This document shows, one piece after another, positions 47,320 to 56,692 of a stretch of 64,000 nucleotides of DNA. Source of the DNA: Candidatus Palauibacter sp. (GTDB lineage: Bacteria; Gemmatimonadota; Gemmatimonadetes; Palauibacterales; Palauibacteraceae); NCBI RefSeq assembly GCF_965197445.1, contig NZ_CBDANE010000005.1:1458992-1522991 (forward strand), given 5' to 3'. The position numbers were made by a program, and so were the translations under genes. Below the pieces are notes generated by a model. That model saw only the letters and a program-made list of their open reading frames with translations, ran no database searches and had not been told where the DNA came from. Positions within the stretch are counted from its first letter, which is position 1. Each line of letters opens with the position of its first letter.

Positions 47320-48231
47320 ATGCTGCAACAGTTTGACGAGCGGAACCGCGATCTCATCGTCAACCTGAACGGGACCTTGGTCCACCGTGACGAGGCCGGC
47401 GTCAGCCCCTTCGACTCGGTGGTGCAGGGGGGCGATGCCGTCTGGGAAGGCCTGCGCCTGTACGACGGACGCATCTTCAAGCTGCGGGAACACCTGGCCC
47501 GGCTCCGGTCCTCCGCGCTGGCCCTCGCCTTCGCCGAGATCCCATCCGACAAGGAGATCACCCAAGAGATCCGCCGCACGCTCATCGCGAACCGCATGCG
47601 GGACGGCGTGCACATCCGGCTCACGCTGACGCGGGGGGTGAAGGTCACCAGCGGCATGGATCCACGCCTCAACCAGTCGGGCCCCACCCTCATCGTCCTC
47701 GCGGAGCACAAGGCGCCCGTGTACGACCGGTCGGGCCTGCGGCTGATCACGAGTTCTCTGCGCCGCTTCGGACCCGACACGCTGGACCCGAAGATCCATC
47801 ACGCCAACCTCCTCCAGTCGATCCTGGCCAAGATCGAGGCGAACGCGGCCGGGGCCGACGACGCGCTGATGCTCGACCAGCGCGGATTCATCGCCGAGAC
47901 GAACGCTACGAACCTCTTCTTCGTGCGCGCGGGCGTCGTGATGACGAGCCGGACCGTCGCCTGTCCCGAGGGGATCACCCGCGCCACGGTGCTCGAACTC
48001 TGCGCGGAGCACGACATCCCGAGCCGGGTGGACGATCTCTCCCTAACGGAGGCCTACCGCGCGGACGAGGCGTTCTGCACCGGTACGATGGGAGAACTGG
48101 CGAGCGTGACCGAGATCGATGGCCGGATCATCGGAGACGGAACACCGGGACCGCTGACGAAGAGACTCAGCGAGCTCTACAAGGATCTGACGGCGAGCGA
48201 AGGGTTCGCCTTGATCGGAGAAGAGCGGTAG
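47320..48231 (+). CDS. Aminotransferase class IV (branched-chain amino acid aminotransferase-like)
   Basis: GDAVWEGLR, EHLARL, ETNATNLF, EGITR, ADEAFCTGT. Confidence 0.92.
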   Translation: MLQQFDERNRDLIVNLNGTLVHRDEAGVSPFDSVVQGGDAVWEGLRLYDGRIFKLREHLARLRSSALALAFAEIPSDKEITQEIRRTLIANRMRDGVHIRLTLTRGVKVTSGMDPRLNQSGPTLIVLAEHKAPVYDRSGLRLITSSLRRFGPDTLDPKIHHANLLQSILAKIEANAAGADDALMLDQRGFIAETNATNLFFVRAGVVMTSRTVACPEGITRATVLELCAEHDIPSRVDDLSLTEAYRADEAFCTGTMGELASVTEIDGRIIGDGTPGPLTKRLSELYKDLTASEGFALIGEER

Positions 48232-48302
48232 GGGTCGGGATGTGCGTCGAATCCGGCCTGCAGAGTTGCTCCGCGGGCTATTATCGGGGGAGCGTCGGCG
48301 GG

Positions 48303-49106
48303 TCAGGCGGTCCGGCTGCGGAAGACCTCTTTGCGGTGCCAATCAACATATTCGGGTGCGGGTTGCAGAGTGCGCGTGCGGGGACGCCGAATCCGCTGGC
48401 CGGAGAAGTCGACGAGCGATCCGGTCGTCTCGCCCAGACCGAGCGCCCCGCGGTCAAGGGCCTTGTGATGTAGAAGGCAGAGGGCCAAGCCGTTCGCCAC
48501 CTCGTCGGGACCCTCATGCGAATGCCACTGGATGTGTGCAGCTTCCACGCCGAGCAGTCGCTCTCCGAGCCGGATGTCGAGATCGCAGACCGAGCACCTT
48601 ATGGCGGAACCATGGGTCGCGACGCCGGCGTCGCGTGAGGGACGAATAGAAGGTCGGCGGGCCGCTCTCCCGTTCGCGCACCGCCGGTTCCGCTGACGGG
48701 ACTTCAGCATCCCACGCCGGCCCGTCTCCGGGAATGTCGGCCGCCTCGCGGATCTCCCGGTGAAGGGACTCGGGAAAATGTTCCCGCAGGATCTCGTCGA
48801 CGGCTCGCCAGAGGTCTCCGCTCGCGTTCGTGGAGAGTTCCGAGAACCGGGGAATCTCCCACAGTTCATCGGTGAGCAGCCATCGAAACGGGAACACGGG
48901 ATGCACAACCTTCCTGGGCGGCCCGAAGTCTCGCAGCAATTTGCGCAGGTGTGGCTCCACGTCCGCATAGGAAACGAGCCGTTCCCGGCCGTGCGCAACG
49001 CGTCCCAGGGCCACGAGGAGGAGGAAAGGTTTGTGGGGCGCCCGCTCGTCGCGACGCTTGTAGGTCCCGACCTTGCAAGTCGCTTGAGGAGGTCGTCAGG
49101 CGTCAT
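48303..49106 (-). pseudogene. Degraded second SBD-HNH gene (paralog of 44998-45972)
   Basis: MTPDDLLKRLA, FPFRWLLTDELWEIPRF, HFPESLHREIREAA and EAAHIQWHSH..NGLALC across several frames; three internal deletions. Confidence 0.92.
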
Positions 49107-49119
49107 CGCCCACAACCTC

Positions 49120-49720
49120 TCAAGTTCCCAGCGCCCGGCCGAGGCGGTCGAGCGCTTCCCGTGCCTCCCGAAGCGCGGTCTCGGCGAGAAGACGCCCGTG
49201 CACGGCGTCCAGCGCGCCCCCACCCTCAGAGGACACCGGCACCGGCTCGGCAGCGTACGCGGCGTCCGGGTCGCCCGTCTCCCGAACCATGGGGGGCTCG
49301 CCCTCCGGACCAACGAGCGTCAACGCCACGTGGCGGTGGCCGCGCTTCATGCGGTACGCGGCGAAGTGCCGCCGGTCCAGCGTGAACACCCGGTCAATCC
49401 CCGAAACGCTCCGCCACGGTGACGAGCGATGCGTCCGCGAGGTCCATCGGCGCGTCGGCGTACTGGAGCATGAGTTCGAAGCAGCGGCCGAGGTCCCGGT
49501 CCCCCAGCCGGGACACCGTGAGCGGCCCGTACCGCACCAACTCCATGAGCCCCGAGGCTTGCCGCGGACGTCGCGACAGAAAATGAAACGCCTCGGTGAG
49601 CACCGGAATCGTCGTCAAGGCTTCTTCCCTGAACTCAGCAAGAACTTGTTTCCATGCCGCGTGGTCGGAGTCGGACGGGTCGAAAGCGGCCACCAGCGGA
49701 CCGGTGTCCACCACGATCAC
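49120..49720 (-). pseudogene. PIN/VapC toxin with a frameshift at about 49395 and a C-terminal extension
   Basis: IVVDTGPLVA, VLTEAF and MDLADASLV..AE, then stop; VFTLDRRHF..YR continues in another frame. Confidence 0.85.
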
Positions 49721-49995
49721 CGGGCGTGCCTGCTCTGGATCAGCTCGACCAGGGTTTCCCTGCGCCGGCGGGGCGGCAGAACGGCCTGCTCGTCTTCGTA
49801 CTGCCGCACAATGCGCCGGAATCCTTCGCCGAACGTCTCGCCTTTCCTGGCCCCCAGCCGAATTCCGTTCACATCCGTGTTGTACGAGCGGAGCCCCCGT
49901 CTCAAGACCTCGGAGATCGATCCCCCCGTCTTCTGGCGGAGATCTTCGAGGATCGCCTCTTCCTCGTCGTCGAGTCGTACGGTGCGCAGGCCCAT
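49717..49995 (-). CDS. Ribbon-helix-helix (CopG-like) antitoxin
   Basis: RTVRLDDEEEAILEDLRQKTGGSISEVLRRGL; GTGA overlap with the PIN gene. Confidence 0.85.
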   Translation of the reverse strand: MGLRTVRLDDEEEAILEDLRQKTGGSISEVLRRGLRSYNTDVNGIRLGARKGETFGEGFRRIVRQYEDEQAVLPPRRRRETLVELIQSRHAR

Positions 49996-50071
49996 GATGT
50001 CTTGTCTCTCCTTGGCATTTCCCTACCTGCTGGTCGTCTTCACCGCGAACTGCCAAGGAATCCTCGGTAGT

Positions 50072-50389
50072 TCAACGGCCGTGCTTCCGGCGGATGGCCT
50101 CGACCACGGCTTCCTTGTGCCGTCGCCGCGGCATGGGGGCGGACTCGTCGTCGCGCGCCGCAACGGCGGGTTCCTCCTCGGGTTCGTCCTCGTACCGCTG
50201 CATGATGCGCCGATATGCTTCGCCGAGCGTCTCGCCCTTCCTGCCTCCCAGCCGGATCCCGTTCACCGTCGTGTCGTAGGAACGGAGCCCTCGCCTCAAC
50301 ACCTCGGAGATCGAGATGCCCGTCTTTTCCCGTAGATCCTGAAGGATCGCCTCTTCCTCGTCGCTGAGTCGCACCGTCCGCGTGCCCAC
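50072..50389 (-). CDS. Second RHH antitoxin paralog, no toxin partner
   Basis: RTVRLSDEEEAILQDLREKTGISISEVLRRGL. Confidence 0.82.
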   Translation of the reverse strand: MGTRTVRLSDEEEAILQDLREKTGISISEVLRRGLRSYDTTVNGIRLGGRKGETLGEAYRRIMQRYEDEPEEEPAVAARDDESAPMPRRRHKEAVVEAIRRKHGR

Positions 50390-50420
50390 CTCGTCCTGCT
50401 CCTTCCCGTAGCCCATCCAG

Positions 50421-50440
50421 TGTAGTACACGAGTAATACA
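50421..50440. promoter_or_regulatory. RHH operator candidate
   Basis: TGTAGTACA and GTAATACA boxes upstream of the RHH gene. Confidence 0.5.
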
Positions 50441-50586
50441 ACGTGCGGGCGGCGACAATCATGACGACGACGGGGGCCGGGCAACGATCGTTGCGCGCGC
50501 CTTGTTTCATAGAGGGACATGTAACTCGTACGTTTCCGATGACCGCTCGGGGAGACCGCCTCCGGAAGGGAAGGGCTGGCCAGCGC

Positions 50587-52968
50587 GTGTTCGAGTTTCT
50601 CTTCAAATATCGACCCGTCGTCTTCGAACGCGGCGATCTCTCGTTCGGGGCGCCCTGGTGGGCGGCTCTCCTCGCCCTCCTCGGGGTTGCGGCGATCGTC
50701 TGGTTCGCGCTCGAGTACCGGCGGGTCGGCCCCTCCGTGGCCCCGCGCGATCGGTGGGTCCTGATGGCGCTGCGAGCCGCGTCCCTCTGCGTGCTCGCGC
50801 TTCTCCTCATGCGGCCGGTGCTGCTCGTGTCGACCGTCGTCCCCCGGCGGAACTACGTCGCGGTGCTGCTCGACGACTCGCGCAGCATGCGGGTGGCCGA
50901 TGAGGGCGGCGAGACGCGGGCGCAGCGGGTGCTCGGTCTCTTCGGCGGCCCTGATGGCGCAGTTGGCGCTGATGAGGAGGCCTCCACTCCCACGGACGAC
51001 CCGGAGGCTCGGGAACCGGAGGTGGACGGTTCGGAGGCGGACCCGGCGGTCACGGCGCGCAGCGGAGATGGCGGGCTCCGGGAAGCGCTGGAGGAACGAT
51101 TCCGCCTGCGGATGTACGGGTTCGATACCGACGCGGACCGGATCGACGACGCGGGGGAGATGGCGTTCACGGGCCCCCGGACCAACCTCGCGGCCGCGCT
51201 CACGCGGGTGCAGCAGGAGATGGCGGGGCTGCCGCTGTCGGGGGTCGTGGTGGTTTCCGATGGGGCGGACAACGATGACGACGCCACGCCTCCCCTCTCC
51301 GAGACCCTCCTGGCGGCGCGCGCGGCGGGGCTGCCGGTGTACACGATCGGCGTGGGTTCGGAGCGCATCGACCCGGATATCGAGGTGCGCAGGGTGGAGG
51401 TGCCCCGCACGGCGCTGGAAGGGACGACGATCGTCGCCGACGTCATCCTGTCTCACGCGGGACTCGCCGGGCGCACCGTGAGGCTCGACGTGGAGGACGA
51501 GGGACGGATCGTGGGCACGCGCGACATCACGCTCGGTCCGGACGGGGAGGAGCCGATCCAGGTCCAGTTCACGCTCGAGGACTCGGGGCCGCGCGCGATC
51601 CGGTTCTCCGTGGACCCGCAGGAGGGAGAGGCGCTCACCGGGAACAACGAGCGGCAGATCCTGGTGGAGGTGGGGGATACGCGGCGAAAGATCCTTTACT
51701 TCGAGGGATCTCCGCGTCCGGAGAACAAGTTTGTGCGCCGTGCCGTGGCCGACGACGAGAACCTGCAGGTGGTGACGCTGCTCAGGACCGCGGACGAGAA
51801 ATACCTGCGGCTCGATGTGGACGGACCCGGCGAACTCGCGGGCGGCTTCCCGGACACGCGCGAGGAGTTGTACGAGTACGACGGGCTCGTCCTGGGCAGC
51901 GTGGAAGCGAGCTTCTTCACGCACGACCAGTTGCAGATGATGGCGGATTTCGTGGGACAGCGCGGGGGAGGGCTCCTCGTGCTGGGCGGAAGGCGGGCGC
52001 TGGGGGAGGGTGGCTACGCGGGCACGCCGCTGGCCGACGCGCTCCCCGTCGTCCTGACGTCGGCGGGAGAGCCGGATGTGCTCGAGGTGTTTGCCGAGCC
52101 CACGCCGCCGGGGCGGCGGCATGCGGCCATGCGGATCGCGACGACGGCCGATGCGTCGGCCGAGCGCTGGGGAGAACTCCCGCCCCTGACCTCCGTGAAC
52201 CGGGTGTTCGAGACGAAGCCGGGGGCCGTCGAGCTCCTGAGCGGGGTTCCGATCGAGGGCGAACCGCGGGTCCTGCTGGCCCACCAGAGATACGGGCGCG
52301 GCACGTCGATCGCCTTCACGGCGCAGGACTCGTGGCTGTGGCAGATGCACGCGGACATCCCGCTGGAGGATGAGACGCACGAGACGCTGTGGCGGCAGCT
52401 GCTGCGCTGGCTCGTGCACGACACGCCGGGGCGCGCCCGTCTCGATCTCGGGGACGACGTCACGCCGATGGCGGAGCCGCTGCGGATTCGGGCCGATCTG
52501 GAGGACGAACGGTACCTGCGGGTCAACGGGGCGGATGTGGTCGCCACCGTGACGGGGCCGAGTGGGGTTCCGTCCGAAATCCGGCTCGACTGGACGGTCG
52601 AGAGGGACGGCGAGTACGAGGGACGATTCGTGCCCGAAGAGGCGGGGCTGCACCGAGTGGCAGTACGCGCCGCGATGGGGGACGAGGTCGTCGAGAGCGA
52701 TGGCTTCTTCCGGGCGGGGACGCCCCGGATCGAACAGTTCGGCGCCGGGCGGCGCACGGAGCTTCTGCGCCGCATCGCCGACGAGACGGGAGGCCGCTTC
52801 TACACGGCGGACAACGCGGACCTCCTGGCCGAGGAGATCCGCTACACGGAGAGCGGCGACACCGTGTACGAAGAGCGTTCGCTGTGGGACATGCCGATCC
52901 TCTTCCTCCTCCTCGCCGGACTTCTCGGGGGCGAGTGGGCGTTCCGGCGGGCGAAGGATCTCGCGTGA
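50587..52968 (+). CDS. Membrane-anchored vWA + glutamine-amidotransferase-like domain protein
   Basis: N-terminal TM helices, DDSRSM MIDAS, SDG, GGGLLVLGG, YGRG, C-terminal TM helix EWAFRR. Confidence 0.85.
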   Translation: MFEFLFKYRPVVFERGDLSFGAPWWAALLALLGVAAIVWFALEYRRVGPSVAPRDRWVLMALRAASLCVLALLLMRPVLLVSTVVPRRNYVAVLLDDSRSMRVADEGGETRAQRVLGLFGGPDGAVGADEEASTPTDDPEAREPEVDGSEADPAVTARSGDGGLREALEERFRLRMYGFDTDADRIDDAGEMAFTGPRTNLAAALTRVQQEMAGLPLSGVVVVSDGADNDDDATPPLSETLLAARAAGLPVYTIGVGSERIDPDIEVRRVEVPRTALEGTTIVADVILSHAGLAGRTVRLDVEDEGRIVGTRDITLGPDGEEPIQVQFTLEDSGPRAIRFSVDPQEGEALTGNNERQILVEVGDTRRKILYFEGSPRPENKFVRRAVADDENLQVVTLLRTADEKYLRLDVDGPGELAGGFPDTREELYEYDGLVLGSVEASFFTHDQLQMMADFVGQRGGGLLVLGGRRALGEGGYAGTPLADALPVVLTSAGEPDVLEVFAEPTPPGRRHAAMRIATTADASAERWGELPPLTSVNRVFETKPGAVELLSGVPIEGEPRVLLAHQRYGRGTSIAFTAQDSWLWQMHADIPLEDETHETLWRQLLRWLVHDTPGRARLDLGDDVTPMAEPLRIRADLEDERYLRVNGADVVATVTGPSGVPSEIRLDWTVERDGEYEGRFVPEEAGLHRVAVRAAMGDEVVESDGFFRAGTPRIEQFGAGRRTELLRRIADETGGRFYTADNADLLAEEIRYTESGDTVYEERSLWDMPILFLLLAGLLGGEWAFRRAKDLA

Positions 52969-54011
52969 TCCGCCCGGGCCGCGGCGTGGCGCCCGGTGTG
53001 GTCCTCGCCCTGGCCGGCGCCGGGGCGCTGTCGTGGGCTCCGGTCGCCGTCGCGCAGAGCGCGGCCGCGCCGCCCCGGGCGCAGGTCCTCATCGTGAGCG
53101 GGCTCGGCGGCACCCCCGAGTACAGTGAGCTCTTCCGGGAACAGGCCGAGCGGCTGATCGAGGCCCTCCGCGAGCGGCTCGGCGTGAGCGACGAGTCTAT
53201 CGTGTGGCTCGCGGAGGACGCGGCGATCTCGCCGCGCGCGTCCGGCCGGGCGACGGTGGAGGCCGTGGAGCGGGAGGTGCTCGCGATGGCCGCCCGGGCC
53301 GGGCCGGCCGACCCGGCCCTGATCCTGCTCCTCGGCCACGGCAGCGGCCGCGGCGATGATTCGCGCTTCAACCTGCCCGGACCCGACCTCACGGCCGAGG
53401 CCCTCTCCGTGTGGCTGACCGCGTTCACGACGCAGACCGTGGCGGTCGTGAACGCGGCCAGCGCGAGCGGCGGCTTCGTGCCGGCCGTCGCCGGCGAGCG
53501 CCGCATCGTGGTGACGGCGACCCGCTCGCCGCGCGAGCGCGAACGTACCCACTTCGGCAGGTTCTTCATCGACGCGTTCGCGCTCGACGAAGCCGACATC
53601 GACAAGGACGAGCGCGTCTCCCTGCTCGAGGCCTTCCACTACGCGACGGGTGAAGTGCGGCGCCACTACGAACGCGACGACCAGATGCTGACCGAGCACG
53701 CGCTGCTCGACGATGACGGCGATGGCGAGGGGGCGCTGGAGCCGTCGGCCGAGGGGCCGGACGGCCTCGTGGCCAACCGCTTCTTCCTCGCCGCGGCCCC
53801 CGCGGCCGTGGCGCAAGCCGCCGCCGATGACCCCGAGGTCGCCGCCCTCCTCGAGGAGAAACAGCGCATCGAAGACGCGATCGCCGCTCTGCGGGCGCGG
53901 CGCTCCGAACTCGGCGAGGACGAATACGACGACCAGCTGGAAGCACTGCTCCTCGATCTGGCGCGCATCAACCGGGCACTCCGCGACCCGGGAGGCGCCC
54001 CGTGCGGCTGA
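52965..54011 (+). CDS. Secreted caspase/legumain (clan CD)-like protein lacking the catalytic Cys
   Basis: Signal peptide; LLGHGS, NAASASGGF, VVTAT, DIDKDERVS, DDDGDG; C-terminal coiled coil. Confidence 0.7.
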   Translation: MIRPGRGVAPGVVLALAGAGALSWAPVAVAQSAAAPPRAQVLIVSGLGGTPEYSELFREQAERLIEALRERLGVSDESIVWLAEDAAISPRASGRATVEAVEREVLAMAARAGPADPALILLLGHGSGRGDDSRFNLPGPDLTAEALSVWLTAFTTQTVAVVNAASASGGFVPAVAGERRIVVTATRSPRERERTHFGRFFIDAFALDEADIDKDERVSLLEAFHYATGEVRRHYERDDQMLTEHALLDDDGDGEGALEPSAEGPDGLVANRFFLAAAPAAVAQAAADDPEVAALLEEKQRIEDAIAALRARRSELGEDEYDDQLEALLLDLARINRALRDPGGAPCG

Positions 54012-56692
54012 CGCGCGGCGCCGTGCGCCGCCGCCTCGATTGGCGCGGGTTGTGGCTGTTCGCCGCGGCCGCGGCGGTCCCGATCCCGGTCTGCGCCCAG
54101 GAGGGCGGAGGCGCCGCCCGCGGCGCCGACCCGCTCGCCGCCGCCCTCGAAGCGCTCCAGACGGGGGAATACCGGCAGGCGGTCTCGGGCTACCGAACGC
54201 TCGCCCGCTCCGGCCGCGAGTTCCCGGCCTCCGCGCGCGGGTGGGCGCGGGCGCTCGCGGCGACCGGCGAGTACGAGTCCGCGCTCGAGGCCCTGGAGCG
54301 GGCGTCTGCCCGCGTCGCCGACCGAGCCGGCTCTGATGACGCCGATACGGAACTCGCGCGCACGCGTGGCGTTCTACTTCAGGCGCTCGGGCGTCTCGAC
54401 GAAGCCGAGGCGAGCTTCCGCGGCACGATCGCAGGCCGGGCCAGCGACGCCCAGCTCGCGCGGCTCGATCTCGGCCGCCTCCTGTTCGACCGCGGCGCCC
54501 GCGAGGAAGCGCTCGTCCTCTTCGACAGCTTCATCGACTTCTACAACACCACGGCCGCCGACCGTCTCGACGCCGAGCACCTGCGAGCCGTCGGCACTGC
54601 CGTCAGCTATCTCGGAGCCCGCGACCCAGACCTGTTCCACGACGCTGTGCGCGCCTTCGAGGAGGCGATCGAGGCCGATCCCGGCGACCCCGAGCCGCGC
54701 ATCGACCTCGGGCTCCTCTTCCTCGACAAGTACGACAGCTTCGAGGCCGGGCCGCTCATCGATGAGGCGCTGGCCCGGAACCCCGTCCACCCGCGGGCCC
54801 TCCTCGCGAAGGCGCGGAGGGCGAAGTTCGAGGGGTCTGCGGCAGCGCTCGAACTGGCCGAGGAGAGCCTCGAGACCAACCCGAGCCATACCGAGGCGAG
54901 AGTTCTCCTGGCACGTCTCTATCTGGAACTCGAGGACGTGGAGACAGCCGAAGCCGAGGCCCGGCGCGCGCTTGAGGTCAATCCCGTGTCGCTCGCCGCG
55001 TGGACCGAACTGGCGGCCGCGGCCCACCTCCGGGGCGATGCCGCCGCGTTCGAGGAGGCCCGGACCCGCGTGCTGGGGCTGGATCCGCGGCACGCCGACC
55101 TCTATGTCGCCTTGGCGCAGGTCGCGTACCGCACCCACCGCTACGCCGACGCCGTGGAGTTCGCACGCCAGGCCGTGTCTCTCGATCCCCTCTCCTGGTC
55201 CGGTCGCGCCGAACTCGGCCTCAACCAGCTCCGCGTGGGCGACATCGCCGGGGGACGCGCCACACTCGAGGCCTCCTTCGAGGGAGATCCGTTCAACGTC
55301 TGGGTGTTCAACACCCTCGATCTCCTCGAGGAACTGGCCGGCTTCGAGACGGCGGCGAGTCCGCGGTTCGTCTTCTCGCTCCACCCGGACGAGGCCGGTG
55401 TCCTGTCCGTGTACGCGACCGCCCTCGCCGAGGAGGCCTTCGATGCCATGCGGGCGCGGTACGGGTTCGAGCCGCCCACTCCCATCTCGGTGGAGGTCTA
55501 CGACCGGCACGCGGACTTCTCGGTGAGGACGGTGGGACTCGCCGGCATCGGCGCGCTGGGCGTGAGCTTCGGCTCCGTCCTCGCCATGGATTCGCCCGGT
55601 GCGCGCACCGGCGGCGACTTCAACTGGGGCTCCACGCTGTGGCACGAGATCTCCCACGCGTTCACGCTCGGCTACACGGAACACCGCGTGCCCCGCTGGC
55701 TCTCCGAGGGACTGGCCGTCCTCGATGAGCGGCACGCGCGCGAGGCCTGGGGCTCGGACGTCGACCCCGGTTTCCTCGCCGCCTTCCGGGAGGAGCGCCT
55801 CCCCTCGCTCGAGCGCTTCAACTACGGCTTCGTGCGGCCCGCCTACCCGGGGCAGGTGCAGCACGCCTACTACATGGCCTCGCTCCTGTGCGAGATGCTG
55901 GAGACGACGCGCGGTTTCGAGGCCGTCCTCGCCATGCTCGCCGGCTACCGCGACGGGCTCGACACGCCCGAGGTGGTGGAGCGGGCGCTCGGGACCACGC
56001 TGGCCGACCTCGACCGCGAGTTGAAGGGCTACATCGAGACGCGTTTCGGTGCGGTCCTGGCGGCACTGGGCGGTCCCGCGGACGAGGAGGCCGGGAGCCC
56101 GGCGCCGCACACCTTCGCCGGGCTGATGATGGCCGCGGCGGAGGCCCTTCGCGCTGGCCGGCCGGAGGCCGCGATCGAGGCGCTGAGCGAGGCCCGGGTG
56201 CTGTTCCCGGAATACGCCGGCCCGGACGCCCCGACGCTGCTGCTGGGCAGCCTGCACCGCGAAGCCGGCGACCTCAACCGCGCGGCAGAGGCCTATCGCG
56301 CCTACACGGCGCTCAACGAGAAGCACTTCGACGCCCACCTCGCACTCGCGGATCTCGAGGAGGAACTCGGAAACGGGGCCGCCGCCCGCGAGGCGCTGGA
56401 GCGGGCGATCTGGATCGACCCCTTCCATGTCGACCTGCACACGCGGCTCGCCACGAGCTTCGAGGTCGCCGAGCGCTGGCCGGAGGCGGCGCGCGAGCGA
56501 CGGGCGCTGCTCGCCCTGGCGCCGGCGGACCTTGCCGAGGCCCACTACCGGCTCGCCCTCGCCCTCCACCGCGGCGGCGACGCCAGAGGTGCGCGCCGCT
56601 CCGTCCTCGACGCGCTCGAGATCGCGCCCAACTTCAACGACGCGCTCGATCTCCTGCTCGAGATCCGCGGCAATCCCGGGGGGCGCCCATGA
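54002..56692 (+). CDS. Secreted TPR protein with a peptidase MA (gluzincin) domain
   Basis: Multiple TPR repeats flanking HEISH..VPRWLSEGLA. Confidence 0.88.
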   Translation: MRLTRGAVRRRLDWRGLWLFAAAAAVPIPVCAQEGGGAARGADPLAAALEALQTGEYRQAVSGYRTLARSGREFPASARGWARALAATGEYESALEALERASARVADRAGSDDADTELARTRGVLLQALGRLDEAEASFRGTIAGRASDAQLARLDLGRLLFDRGAREEALVLFDSFIDFYNTTAADRLDAEHLRAVGTAVSYLGARDPDLFHDAVRAFEEAIEADPGDPEPRIDLGLLFLDKYDSFEAGPLIDEALARNPVHPRALLAKARRAKFEGSAAALELAEESLETNPSHTEARVLLARLYLELEDVETAEAEARRALEVNPVSLAAWTELAAAAHLRGDAAAFEEARTRVLGLDPRHADLYVALAQVAYRTHRYADAVEFARQAVSLDPLSWSGRAELGLNQLRVGDIAGGRATLEASFEGDPFNVWVFNTLDLLEELAGFETAASPRFVFSLHPDEAGVLSVYATALAEEAFDAMRARYGFEPPTPISVEVYDRHADFSVRTVGLAGIGALGVSFGSVLAMDSPGARTGGDFNWGSTLWHEISHAFTLGYTEHRVPRWLSEGLAVLDERHAREAWGSDVDPGFLAAFREERLPSLERFNYGFVRPAYPGQVQHAYYMASLLCEMLETTRGFEAVLAMLAGYRDGLDTPEVVERALGTTLADLDRELKGYIETRFGAVLAALGGPADEEAGSPAPHTFAGLMMAAAEALRAGRPEAAIEALSEARVLFPEYAGPDAPTLLLGSLHREAGDLNRAAEAYRAYTALNEKHFDAHLALADLEEELGNGAAAREALERAIWIDPFHVDLHTRLATSFEVAERWPEAARERRALLALAPADLAEAHYRLALALHRGGDARGARRSVLDALEIAPNFNDALDLLLEIRGNPGGRP

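Noticed and set aside
41800-50500. Integron, prophage or IS element
   Set aside because: No integrase, transposase, attC-like sites, terminal inverted repeats with target duplications, or phage genes seen; genes lie in mixed orientation
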